A stretch of DNA of 64,000 nt from Raillietiella orientalis. Lineage: Eukaryota. The notes under the pieces were generated by a model. It ran no database searches and had not been told where the DNA came from. It was given only the letters and a program-made list of their open reading frames with translations. Shown here one piece after another: positions 39,100-51,582 of this stretch (its first letter is position 1; each line of letters starts with the position of its first letter). Location: NCBI GenBank assembly GCA_036172245.1, contig JAYWIR010000009.1, positions 558,001-622,000 on the forward strand, in the 5' to 3' direction. Made by a program: the position numbers and the translations under genes.

Positions 39100-42000
39100 C
39101 GAACGACGTCCCAATCTATGGCTTTGTCGGATGCAACAGCTACATTGCATGTCAGAAGATCTGTAGGAAGACTCCTCATCTTATCGAGGTGCAGCTACGG
39201 GGTCTCCTGTTCTCGAATGACCTCTCCATTTGGGTAATCTCGGCCTCCCCCTATTAGGGATGGGACGGTCATCTGAACATTCATCTTCGACAGGAAGGCA
39301 TCAAGGTCTTCGCTCGTGGTCTTCTTCCTGTCCGAAGAACCTCCGAACGCATGTGCTCTCAAAGAGGCAAGCAACGTCCGGGATGACCACTTTTCCCTCT
39401 TCCTTACGTAGTCTCAGATCGGAACCCGGACAAGAGTCTCGCCCTGCAGGGAAGAGCCTCTTGCAGGAGCCAGTTCTCAGCTCCCTTCGGTGGAACCGTC
39501 TTGAATCGGTAAAGAAATGGATCGTGTCGGAGAGTGTACCGGTTGGGAATGCCTCCTCAAGCAGGGATTCTGTGGAGGTTCCCAGCGTCTCATCCCGAAC
39601 TGGACATCTTCAGCAGCTGCGGTCTTGCTTGCGACATGCAAAGCCCTCTGATCCTGAGAGCGTTGGTCGCTTGAGGCATTCGTCATATAAAAATCGGATG
39701 GACCTCTTATTGAAGTCAGGGAGCGCCTCGGACTTCCATGCAACCCGACGCATGGCAAGAAAAGACTCGGGATTCCGGGAGTCGTGAGTTGCAAACGAGC
39801 GCCGTCCTGCAGGGAATCTTGAGCCATGTTGGACGAAAGTGGGAAAATCTGAAGAGGATGCCGATTTTCTCATCTCAAGGGCTGAACTTGGGTTTGGTAG
39901 GATCGCTCTGTAATGAGGAAATGAGAAAGGTTGAGGTTCCCCATCTGGGGTTTGACCCACATCCGTGCGTTTCCTCATCCTGCAGACCCAACGCAAATCC
40001 CATGAGAGAACTCCTTGGGAAACTTAAAGGGGGAAGAATCAATCTTGATATTCTAACGATCATTTAATTGGGAGGCATCCGCGCCCCATCCACCGAATCC
40101 AGAGTCAAATCTGCTGTCGGAGCACGCTGCTTCGGAAGACTGCTTGCAAGTTGTGCTTGAAGCAATCTCACCAACAAGTGTCGGACTGTCTTAGAGCTGG
40201 GCTAAGAGTCAAAAGGAATCACACCTCTATCGAATTTCTTAGCTTTTAATCATTGCATTTTCCCATGTCCCTGCGCACTATGATACCTTCACTTCTTGCT
40301 AGTCCATATGGAAAGCAAAGATAGAAGAGCGGAGGCAATGAGGAAGTTCTCGTTTCTAACTCAAACAGAGCGCGAGCTGATGATGCCTGAATTTTGGGAT
40401 CAAATAAGATGGAGCAGCTGCATTCTGCAATGCAGAGCTCCTCTCGTATGCTGTTTCTGGAGGAGGTTGAAAAAAGATAAAACGCTGTCTTCAGTTCTTG
40501 GAAGATGGACTGACGATGACTTTCTCAAGCCATTCTGTTTTGGAGAGCTGTGAATGTGCAGCAGGAGATGCACCATGTAGAAAGGATTGTTTTGGTAGCT
40601 CTAGACCAACCAAAATGCAAAGTGAGGTATACGTGTTGCAGCGCAGATGCCCGGTGAGATGCTTCCTGTGGTGTTGAGAAGTTAATCTGATGCACACGGC
40701 ATCAACTGCAAATGGCTCTAGTGCAGCGTCTTCATGAAATCGGCTTCTTTTAGACTCGGTAAGCGTCACCAACCGTCTCCACGAAAGAAGTGCAACTTGT
40801 GTTGCTTTGGAAGAATGATTACCATCTGTCTTACTCATGTTGCATAGCATAAGTAAACACAAGGTATCTTCTAAGCAAGTGCAGTTTGCGGGTGAAGTGA
40901 TCTTTGATCCCCCCTGGTGGAAACCGAGAGAGCACTTGGATAAGAAGCTCCGAGAGCTCAAGAAATCCAAACTTAAGCGCAGTACCTGGTGCAGCCTCAT
41001 CGATAAACACATAATCAGGATCTTCCTGTCGTATAGGTGAATTAGGAACCTGGGTCATGCGTACACACATATGGAAAAACCACTGCTCCATCTTCGGCGA
41101 CTGTGGCATTGCATTTCGACCTCCAGGGCCTCCTGCGATGAGCAGGCGCTCATGACGGAGAATTTTCTAAGCAGTGCATTGGTAAGTGCCACGTCGGGTC
41201 GCCCCTGAGGGAACTCTGCCGTTAGAGTGCTGAAGCATCGCGTTCGTTAACCTGGGACGAGGCGATTTTTTTTCAAGGTCATATGAAGTACCTTTTCCGA
41301 TGCCCTTATAAACGATCACAGCAGGTGTGAAGCGCACAGATTCCGATGGATTGCTTTGGGAGATTGGAAAGTACTCAACGCCAATTAAGAAAAATAACGA
41401 AGAAAAGATGTCAAGGGAAACACCAACGTAAAGCAGAAAGAGGATTCGTTATTGATTTAGGAGTTCTTGCTTCATCTGGAAAACTGTTCTCAGGTTGGTT
41501 GGTGTACTTGGGAAGCTGTTACGGTGGCAGTGACATAAACTCAAGATGAGGCTGTAATTTATGTGCAAGACCTACTCCAAGTCTTTCCAAAGGGCTGAGT
41601 GATGATGACTGAAAATGACAAATCATTGCTCTCACTTTAGAAACAACATTCTTCGCTTCTTTCCGTCAGAGGACTTCAAATGACCCCATCATTGAAGGGA
41701 AAAGGAATCCTAACGCCAGAAAATGTCATGGATACTGAGGACTGTGTGCTTTGAGCAACGTACGTATTTGCAAGCAACACATTGTTTCCTTTAATCCTTA
41801 AAACTCTCAGGATATGTTTCTCTCTTCGTTCCGTCCTTGCTCTTCTAGAGCCGTCACTGAGTTCCCCCAACGGCAGATGAGGTTCAGTAAAATTATTCGT
41901 CTTCCGACTTGGGGCAAAGGCTTGTTCAAGTCTTGAGGACCTTACCTGGAATAGGCTGGTTATACGCACCCCATATTTTGAGGGTAGCTTTCTTGATCCA

Positions 42001-43090
42001 GTCTTCCAGGTCATCTGTCTTCCTGTAATCAAATTCCAGTTTCCGATGTAGTGATCGAGGAATGTGTTTGCTGGAATCCTTCCGTGCCACAGTCCACCTG
42101 CCTGATTCATGCCATCTTGAATATGAAAACCACCATTGCATCGAATACCCTGATCATTTTAGCTAGACGCACTCCATCCACGCCAAGGCATTTGAGGAAC
42201 ACATCTAAAATTGGAAGGCCCTATGTGAGAGTCACTATGATTTATCACATGGGGGAAAATACGATTGAATTTCTGAGCTGGCGGTATGTGCAGTATTGGT
42301 ACTGGCGATGATGGCAGCGATCGTTATCCTACTGCCCTATTTAAAAACTGCGATGGATCCAATTCGCGAAAAATATTCTCTCATTCTTTCGACGAAATGG
42401 GGATCGTCTCTTCAGCGCAGTAAAACGAGTACTCATGCCTGGTAAACCAAGGATGCAGCAACGCAGGAGCAATAGCGTGCAACTCGAAAATGCAAACGGG
42501 AAAAATGCCGTCACACCACCCGCTGACTTTCACTGTGCCGATGATCAGATAAACAAGATTTCGCAAGATTCAGCAGCACGAAGAGCAGCTTCGTGAACCA
42601 TCCGTGAGTTCCTTTTTCCCCAATTGCATACGGAAACCTCGGGATTCATTCCGTGAGTGCATGCATAAAGATTTGATTGCTTCTACGCATCGACCAAATA
42701 CAGGGAAACGATGCGTAGGTCGCAAGCAGGAAGGCGGAGAGGATGGAGTGGAATCCCTTTGCGCCACCCAGGATGATGCAGGACTCAGTTACTTGCTCCA
42801 GGAGAGATTGGGACACAGCTGCTCGTGGAATCCCCAGTGGAACTCGGGGAGTTTTTCTCCGGAAGACATCCTGACTCCGAATTCTCATTGGAACCTCCCT
42901 TCAAAGGAACTCGCAACCACGGTTCCACGGCGCCACCGGTGCTGCTCCTCCAACATCGCGAGTGCCAAAATTGGATCCGTTGTGATAAAATGTCAGCTGC
43001 TTTACTAAAGAATCGATTCCGAGTTTCATTGCTTCTCGCTTGGATTTTCAATTCTGATAGGGTTAGATACTGGAGATGCAGAAAGGTTGA
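39100..43090 (-). mobile_element. Near full-length decayed NeSL/Utopia-like element
   Basis: Zinc-finger remnants 42400-42750; RT QWFFHMCVRMTQVPNS and CLEDTLCLL...LLSWRRLV; IRFLYDECLK...DRSC*RCPVRDETL knuckle (~39600); PGSDLR...VVIPDVACLFES endonuclease (~39380); LIGG...NGEVI...DKMRSL terminus. Confidence 0.7.
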
Positions 43091-43098
43091 CGCAGTCT

Positions 43099-43184
43099 CA
43101 GATCAGTCTTCACCGTTAAATAACGGTGAAGACTGATCTGTCTAAATAGATATCTGTCTAAATAGACTGATCTATCTAAATAGA
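43099..43184. repeat. Perfect 20-bp inverted repeat followed by three short tandem copies of ATCT(G/A)TCTAAATAG
   Basis: CAGATCAGTCTTCACCGTTA-aa-TAACGGTGAAGACTGATCTG (43099-43140). Confidence 0.95.
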
Positions 43185-43189
43185 TAAAA

Positions 43190-44370
43190 AACACTTCCCA
43201 TGTCTATGAAAAGGTCCGGATGTAAAACGTGGGTTCTGAGTCTGCTCCAACTTTCCTCTCGTGGTGTTGAGAGGAAGCCATCAAATAAAAGGGGACACTC
43301 CAGGACAGGCCTAGAGAGTGTTCTTGAAAGATGAGAATCTCTGGTGCTGCGTTCACCGCAGTGCAGACTGCTGACCCGTGGCTAAACTTTGCAACAGCAG
43401 AAACTCCGGCTGCATGTCAACTTTTGTTGCTTACATTTACAATCATACAACAGGTTACAGGGAGGGGCTCTTGACATTCTCCCGGAATTCCTCCTCTGTT
43501 CATCTGAGGCGTTCGTCTCCCCTCAGCATGCTGCTTCCCCAGTTTCCTGTCCTCTGTCTCGCGAGAGCTGACCTCTGGGGTTTTCCGGCTGCATCTGATT
43601 GTCGGTCCTTCGTGTGACACGGGTTACATGGACATCGCTGGATGCACGAAGCCACCATTCAGTGCCTCATCACCACCAAGTGCTTTTTCGGAATCCCTAG
43701 ATCCTGCAGCACTTCTTCGTTACCTGGCTCCCAGAGAGTCAGGTAACGAAGAAGATGAAAACCATGCACCCTGCATTGTTTTCCTTCTCTACCCAACTTA
43801 AGGGCTACTTCCTTACACTTGTCCTGTTTGCTTCTTCTAGCTGTGCTAAACACCTCTTTTTCACCTTCGAATGGACAGCGGATGTCCAACACAATTATAC
43901 GGTTTCCTTTCTTCATCACTAACTCCGGTTTTAAGAAGGAATTCGTTCCTGGAACTCTCTGGTTAGTGGACACTGGGGTTCACTTTAATTCATCCACCGC
44001 GGCCCTGCTGATGATTTCTTGGATCTAATATATGAGACAGCATTTCTTCTTCTGTCCGGCAGCTCCGACATGCGCGTTCCTCTGGTTTCACCCTTGGTCC
44101 AGCCCTCACTGGTAGGACGTTTAGTCGGTCTGCGTGAATGTATCTGTAGTCATGGAATGTCAGTTAATCTTCATTGGTAAGGAAGAAGCTTATGGCGTGA
44201 TGTAGGCCCACATACTGCACAGCTTCCTCTTTACTGTTTTTGGACTAGGGACTGCCAGGAGTGCTCTCTTAGCAGTGCTGTCACACCGGAGCCTTCTCAC
44301 CCTAGCAAGACTTCTTCTGAACGGCGAATAGCCAAAAAGCCACTTCACTCTTCCAAGATAAGCAGTAAAC
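43190..44370 (-). mobile_element. 5'-truncated Utopia/NeSL-like element: best-preserved zinc knuckle plus restriction-like endonuclease and 3'UTR
   Basis: FFLTNED*LTFHDYRYIHADRLNVLPVRG, then ACRSCRTEEEMLSHIL (CCHC). ORF 43659-43973 reads NQRVPG..LKPELV...IIVLDIRCPFEG..FSTARRSKQDK...LWEPGNEEVLQDLGIP...MR (PD-D-K RLE domain). Confidence 0.9.
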
Positions 44371-46149
44371 GGTCAGCTATCACCCGCTATGCACTACCGA
44401 GGAAGGAAACTCCAATCTGGGCAGAAAGCCCGGCCTCGTCTGAAAGCATGCAAACGCCGAACCGGACAGGACTCCCTTCTGCAATTCCTTCAGAAGGCTC
44501 GCGGGTCGGCTTCATGGCGACACAGTGCTTGATGGGATGCAAAGCTTCCTCAATGTTTCCCGCGTCCTTTCGTCGCTTTGCTTTCCTGTAGCTGGAAAAG
44601 CGGCCGCGTTCTTTCGAAATCTGGAACGAGGGCGCTGGAGTCCCGCAAGGAGCGATTTCGAAGCGAGCGCACTCAAACGCATTCTCAACCCCAAGACGGT
44701 CCACTCCTGAAGGCTTTCAAGTGCGCTCCTTGGTCCCGCCGAGATGGAAAGAAGGAATTATCGAGGGAGAGACGCCACCTGGTGGAGGACCGCATGCAGT
44801 GGCAAGACGAGGCTCAGATGCTCTTGAAATTTTCCTGCTTCGGAATTCGTTTCTCTGCTCTTCCTTGCGGGCTGCCCTGCCTGGGAAACGCCGGCTAGAG
44901 AGGAAGTAACCACTTCGGGGGATTCCGGAGTTGTCCAACCAAGAGCATCTTCGGCAAGACGCACACCCGGAGCATCTCCCAGGACTTCATCGAGAAGGTC
45001 GCTGCCGAGAGGTGCGCATCGCTCCAGGAGTGTCTGCAGGGGATTACTGGCGGGAACGCCTTCCGATTCATGCTGAGTTCAAAACTTGACCAGTTTCTGG
45101 AACCATATGAAAAGTAGACAAATCGACATGAGGAGGAGGATGCGGAGAGATGCGGGGCGCGAGAGGCGAGACCTTCTTACCTCTCTTTTCGGCGGAATTC
45201 GGAGCTCGGAGGGAAGCGAAGGCTGCGGCAGGCTTCCACGAGAGCACGAAAAGATCTTCCGCAAGCATGAGCGCGAGGATGTTTTCTCGGATCAGAGAAG
45301 CAGCGAGCGTTCACAGGGATTGCAGTAGCGGTTCAGAGAACCACACTCGGGAGGTTGGAACAGGCTCCATTCCCGAAGTAACGTTCAGAGTGAGAAACTA
45401 TGGATAAGCCCAAGCGTCGGTCTTCTATCGACATTCCTCTTAGCTGAAGAAGACCGAGTGGAGGAAGCGGTCTGGAAGGGTTTTCTCTGCCAAAGCCTCT
45501 ACGGATTCTAAACAGTCAAAACGTCAAAAAGTCCAGACAGCGTCGCCTCCACAAAGGAGCTGCGAGCAATTTCCCAGAATTCCATAGACACGGGGAGCGA
45601 GTTTCAAAAATCCTTGTAAGGTCGTGGAGCTGCTTCTGGAGATAAGAGAGCCAGCTCTCGTGGGAGCGAGCACTTCTAGCTGCGGGAAGAGGAAGCAGGA
45701 AAGCAGGAACTTTGCAGAAAACGTCGAGAGCCTAAGCACTGCAGATGAGCCCCGGAAGATGGGAAGAGGAAAAAAGGTACTGATCCACATGAGGCAATCG
45801 CGATCCCTCAACAGAGTTCCGATGAGGCTGCGACACAGATCTCGCAAATTTCCCACCGGCTCCACAGGAGTTTTCGTTCGCTTGGCAGAGAAGCTCAGAA
45901 AATCTAGGTCACTGAGGAGTTGAATGCAAGGAACGGAGCAGGTGGTCACGATCTGTGTACTCTTCCCCCTGAGCAGTGTTCGAAAAGATGCTGGACGGAG
46001 GAGCACAGACTAGCCTCCTACGTGGTACGCGTAAGAGACCAGTTGATGAAAACTAAAGATTCCAAGACCGCACCCACGTGTGTGAATGTCTCGTGAAAAA
46101 CGTCAGAAAAAGCACGCGTTCCCTTCTAGCTGACTCGTTTTCCCTTGCA

Positions 46150-48168
46150 ACCTGTTATTGATCACACGCGCGCGAGGCATGCGGTTTGGCAGACCAGTGG
46201 ATGTACGTGGACGAAAATTTTCTGTATTGACTGGAACCTGACAAGAAATAGCAAATCTTGCACATGCGTTGCTATCCCTGTGTGCATTTCCTAAGGACAC
46301 CTCCTCGGATATATATCCCTCAAGCTGAAGACTGTCTTCCTGAATCTTTCCAAAGGAAGAATCGTGAGTTTGTAAGCCCCCTGTCGTTCCCTGGTCAGTC
46401 TGGAAAAAAACTGCTCGGGGTTACAAATTCTTTCTTATTTCAGAAGGTGATGTTCAGATTCCGTTCATCTCAAGGATCAATATGAAGCTCACAAGACCCT
46501 CACATGCATAGATTCACTTCCTCTTTCTTTCACAAAAGAGAAAAAATTCGACGATTTCACAGTAACCAACAGAATCAACGGGATGAATTTGAACTGTATA
46601 ATCGGGTTGATGAGCCATTGAATGAGCTAACTTTCCGATTCCCCACCTACTGAAAACCAGGAAATGGAATTCGAACTTGAGCATTCTGCACTGTAACTTC
46701 TGGATTATACAAATGAAAGCACAAAAGAGTTGAGACTGTTTTCTCAAATACTTTGATTGATTCATTAAGGTTTATTTTTTTGGGAACCCTGATATTCCAG
46801 ACACAGCTGATGAGAGTTGCATTGGGAGACTAAATGCAGATGATAAACACACGATAAAGAATGGGGAAAACCTGGCACTCTAGTCACTTGCAACTCAATC
46901 AGCAAATCTCGGGAAAAAGCCATTGAGAATGAAGTATCGAGATTCCTCTGTTGGCAAGAAGATGGCACTTGACAAATCTTACAAATCGCTTATTTGAAAC
47001 CAGATACAAATTGGAAAGTCTTGCGTGTTCATAAGAGGACTCGCTCTTCTTTGCTTTATTCCTACTTGACCGATAATCTGCGTCCTCATTGAACACTAAA
47101 AAAACACAAACCACCATGAACAAAGAACTGCAAATATAAATCATCCTGAATCTTTGTTCACTCATGAATAAAGCTTAAACTGTTAATGTAAAATGGATAT
47201 GAAAGAAAGCACCATATAGAATGCATCCAAGAAACCTTGTAGCACGGATTCTTTTATCAGACCCCATTTAAGGGCAGTCAGAAATAAGAGCACTCGATTT
47301 ATTGATTATATCGATATCGAACAATACTTTTTGACTCCCACTGCCATACAGTTTCGCGTTTGTAACAGAACACATGCTTATTTTCTCATTCATCAATCAA
47401 GTATACTTAATTCTACTGTCTCTTTCGCCAATTCGGGTACAAATCTTGAGAATAGAGTTTGATTAGCAACTTGTTTGTGAGTACGAAATATCTTAATAAC
47501 TCAAGACTTCTTCAATATGCAAGGTTGAAAGAGAGGCATCACAGTTTCCTAAGAGATAGAAAGGAAGTTGGGCTTTTTAGTAAACAAAATCAAAAGCTTA
47601 GAATAGATATAATCCGTCGCTTACGTAGTTTCTACTTAAACCTATGAGCACGTATAACTTTCACAAATATTCACAGGACTTCTGGTGCTGCATGTTTTCG
47701 TCGAAAATATACATTCAGCGAATAAGTGATTTTGCATTGCATTTTCTTCGTTCACACATTAGGAATAAATAAAGGACGTCGAAATAAGCAGTGAATGCAC
47801 ACATGCAAAACAGATGGAATGAAACTGGAGATGAATTTTTTTCCACCATCTTTGCATAACTTTCTGAAGAGTGAGGCATATTTTCAATGTTTCGGACAGA
47901 ATCTCACCAATTGGAATATCTGCGAAGCCTTTTTCACAAAATTCATGCTACTTGGATGCGATACTCGTTATATTGTGGAGTAAAGAGTATGTGCTATCTT
48001 TAAACCATCAATACAGAACGCAAACATACTCATAAGAACTGCTATCGAGGAAGATGAGCTCTAGGTGAGATCTCTTTCTACTTCCAAATGGTGCAATTTT
48101 ACTTACCTCTTGTCATGTTTCTTGAGTTTGCACTGTTTCCTCAATAGGCTGATTTGTTCCGTTACCAT
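46150..48168 (-). CDS. Candidate uncharacterised multi-exon gene, head-to-head with ROPN1L; exact structure uncertain
   Basis: A series of minus-strand donors/acceptors with short introns (donor 48106 gtaagt; introns 46982-46948 and 46887-46830). They link open segments such as ...SNKRF|RNLDTSFSMAFSRDLLIELQ|SPNATLISCVWNIRVPKKINLNESIKVFEK..., MNFVKKASQIFQL|KVMQRWWKKIHLQ (IQ-motif-like) and TDQGTTGG...LEGYISEE|VPVNTENFRPRT. I could not join all segments into one frame. Confidence 0.35.
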
Positions 48169-48650
48169 TTGGTTTTTATCAAAAATCCAGCTGATCAAAG
48201 CGTTCGCATATAAGCTCGAAATAATAATTAATGAAGATCAACGATCAGCTAATGTGATAGCATTTCAATTCTTTTTAATTCTTTGCTTTTCTGTTTGAAA
48301 AATAAAAGGTTTCTCGTCTACTATGTTTGATATTCTCACATATATCGATGTTTAAAAGTATGCTAAAAAAAAAGTTGGCAATGCTGCGTCCAAATTTCCA
48401 ATTCGTTGGACGCGTACCTTCGTTTCTTGATCCTGAAATGGGTGCATAGAAACGCGCTGGAAAACACGAAGCAAGGTTTGTTATTTTACAGTTTCGCATT
48501 TTCTGCTCGCATATCGGAGCGGGGACGGCTGCAAACCTACGAATTGTGGTTCGTAGGGAGCCTAAGTGCACTGCTGTGTTAAAAGGATGAACACAGAGTT
48601 TCCCAGAAATCATTAACTCCAGAAGAAGCGTGGTGAGAAATCCTTTCTTC

Positions 48651-50236
48651 ATGCCGGAAAGCTCCAATAACTCAAATCAACCATTTTATTCGGTATGCCA
48701 AATTACGGTACCGCCTCAGTTTCCAGATATCCTGAAGCAGTACACAAAGGCTGCTATTAGAACTCAGCCACGAGATTTGTTGAAGGTATGCCTGATGTAA
48801 AAACGATCTGATTTTCCTTTAAAGTGGTCAGCAGCATACTTCCGTGCCCTCGCCAACAATGAAATAACACCAGTCAAGGACAGACTTGAGATCCAGCCAG
48901 TTGCATCCCAAGAGGGACTAACTGAAGGTACCTTACGTATTCTGAACAAACTGGTGAGTTCCCCCCAACACAGCATCTTTTCCTCAAAGTAGAAAGAAAC
49001 CACTACCACTGCCATGTGCTAACACACTTGCACACAGAGTGCAACTATCTGAGTATAACCATGGCTTGCATGTTTGATGCTTGTACATGATGTCCCTATC
49101 TCCTTCATTTGTGAACATTGTTAGTACGCAAAGTGTCCTGATTTTTATTTGGTCTAAAGTTTTCAGTTTCTATGCAGTTTTTTTTTTTTTTCCTATCTTT
49201 CACATGTCTATGGCATGATTATCTGATCATCTTCAGAAAAGAATGCTGTTAGAGTTCTTAAGTGAAGAAATGATACATTGGAATTATTCACCTTCACATG
49301 AAAGATTACATCATGTCTCCCACTTGCTGTGTTATTGTAGGTTACTGCTTTAGCATGCAGTCTTCAAAAAAATGGATGAATGAAAAGTTGCTTCACCATT
49401 TCATGTCATGTTATTTTGTACCTTTAGTATGAATTTGTAGTGAAAAACAACTTGCCATTATCCATTAGCATTATCATGGGTTCATTTTGGATCAGAAATT
49501 CTTAATTTTGATAGCCCTCACTTTGATGGGATTAAGCTAGTAGAGTGTTATTCCTTATATTTGTCTTTGGAAAGCAATCTGGATAGTACCTGTGATAAAA
49601 ATTGTAGAGAATGCCATGTAATTTTAAATAAATTTGGATTACAGCTCACTTGTGAACTTTGTTTCAGGTCAATAACCAGGAATGTATTCCTCAGGAATTT
49701 TTAATTGAAAAATGGTCAGTGTTAGGATTAAACATGAAGCTTTTATCTCATCTATTGCAACTTGGAGACTTTGGAGAGAAACTGGAATGGCTGCACTTTC
49801 TTGCTTTGGCTGCTGGTACTCTGGTGGAGGTACTCAATCTTCTTGAGCTGTGCTTGTAAATTATTGCACTGCTGCCCCAACTTGCACCTGGAAATCATGA
49901 GCTCGCTGCTTCTCTCAGAGTCTTCTTTGCAGACTCTACCTGAGACTCTTGTCCTGCTCTGTGACATGTTAACCAAAGATCCTGAAGGAGGTGCATCATT
50001 CATTGCATTTGATACATTTAAGGTCAGTCTGATGTATGTTACTGTGCTAAATTGCACTTCAGGATGTATATGAGTACATGGCACAGATTGATGGAGACAT
50101 CCCTGCAGATATGGTCTCTAATGCTTTACTATACTTGAAAGGTGTGTCAGATGCACAAAATGGCAAAATTGCACCACATGATTTTCTCTCAACACATTGC
50201 CCTTGTCTCACTCCTGAAGATACAAACATGGCATGA
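48651..50236 (+). CDS. ROPN1L: Ropporin-1-like protein (RIIa dimerization/docking domain; radial-spoke RSP11-type), 5 exons, 229 aa
   Basis: Exons 48651-48785, 48825-48953, 49668-49829, 49933-50022 and 50063-50236 join by GT-AG introns (39, 714, 103, 40 nt) into one open frame: MPESSNNSNQPFYSVCQITVPPQFPDILKQYTKAAIRTQPRDLLK|WSAAYFRALANNEITPVKDRLE...EWLHFLALAAGTL...LCDMLTKDPEGGASFIAFDTFK|DVYEYMAQIDGDI...CPCLTPEDTNMA*. These motifs match ropporin/ROPN1L. AATAAA at 50277-50282. Confidence 0.95.
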
Positions 50237-51551
50237 AAGTGGTCTGGTTGCAGACCAAAGTTCAATTGTCAAAAATAATAAAGCAGCTTTACTGTATGAA
50301 TCACAAGTGGAAATATTTATTTTTTTGTTGGGATTTAGAGACCCACTCATATCCTGGAAGGTACGTGGAAGCTGAAAGATCAGGTGCATTGATTTCAACA
50401 ATGTATGTGAGGTGGTTGCATTTCTGATTCCTGACTTTGGTACTTTTGGTACTCCTGACATGCATTCAGTATATTGTAAAAGCATGAACTAATTTCCTTC
50501 CTTTTCTCTCTTTTACCCAAATCATTTTACCGTTGTTGCAAATGTGGCAATCCCAAAACCACAAGCCTTAATGGTGTAATGGAAAGTTGTGGTGCTTATC
50601 ATATGCATGGTGTAAATTCAAACCTTGATTGCTCTTGCATTAGGTTACATTGAGAGTAGGAGTTCGTGAGCTTGCTGTGGAAGTAACAGAAGTCTTAGTA
50701 GATCAATGAATGACTTGAATTCTCACCTGCTTGAGCAATTCTTTGTCTGGATTGGCTTCCTTCAATCTTTCTTTTGATAGTTTCTCGTGAATGCTTCAAA
50801 AAAAGAAGAAAGTATGATCACAGACCATTTTCAGAGCATAGTCTTTTTCCACCAAATATTTGCAACCTGCTGCACTTTGATATACAGAGCATTACAATGA
50901 TGTCATCACATTCACAGACATTTCAAGAATGAAAGTTTTGAGAATTTTATCGCGCAAATAAGCCAGCAAGCATTAATAAGACCTTTATGATTTGTCTTGC
51001 CCTGGTGTTGCCTTATCAGTAAATTTAGTAAGCTTATCCCATGATTCTGTATGGAGGGTCTGCGATAATATTGAAGCACCACCTCACTGGCGACGAAAAC
51101 CCATCCTCTTTCCTTTCCCAAAATTTCAGAAAACTTTTCCATGGTGAATTTTTGGAAAGCAACTGCACCCGAAATCACACGCCCAATATGAGCACGGTGA
51201 TGAAGGTTGCGACGGTTTGCTCACCACTTCTACGTGACAACCCACCGATTTTGCTAACTTGCTGTAAGACTGTAGTGACAAGCAACAGCAAGCTGTCCGA
51301 AGTGAGCGCAGAAGGTGGGGCAAATGGAAAGGTTTAAAGAGTGGTGAGGGTATGAGGAAGGATAGCGACTTTCCAGCAGTGGAAGATGGAAATCGTCCAG
51401 GTCAGGGAGCAAAACGCTCAGGGCAGTAGAATGCCAGTATCACGCAAGAGAGTTATTAAAAGAAATCGAAAAGATGGCGCCATGAAGGGAATAGAAATTC
51501 CTCTTTAGATGCATCACTTGCTACCAATATAGATTGCTCCATGACCTACAA

Positions 51552-51582
51552 CTTACCTTCTCATCCGGGATGAGAAGGTAAG
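51552..51582. repeat. Perfect 15-bp inverted repeat with a 1-nt spacer
   Basis: CTTACCTTCTCATCC-g-GGATGAGAAGGTAAG. Confidence 0.95.

Noticed and set aside
43136..43184. CRISPR-like repeat array
   Set aside because: Eukaryotic context, 14-nt repeats with 2-4 nt between them, and no spacers or cas genes.
44329..44341. Second U2-like match (GGCTTTTTGGCTA on minus) near the 5' end of a Utopia-like fragment
   Set aside because: Only 12/13 nt, the flanks do not match U2, and it lies in apparent element coding sequence, so it is compatible with chance.
1..44370. Hammerhead ribozymes/retrozymes near retroelements
   Set aside because: The CTGATGA/CTGACGA sites I checked lacked the flanking helices and GAAA core. 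This was not an exhaustive search.
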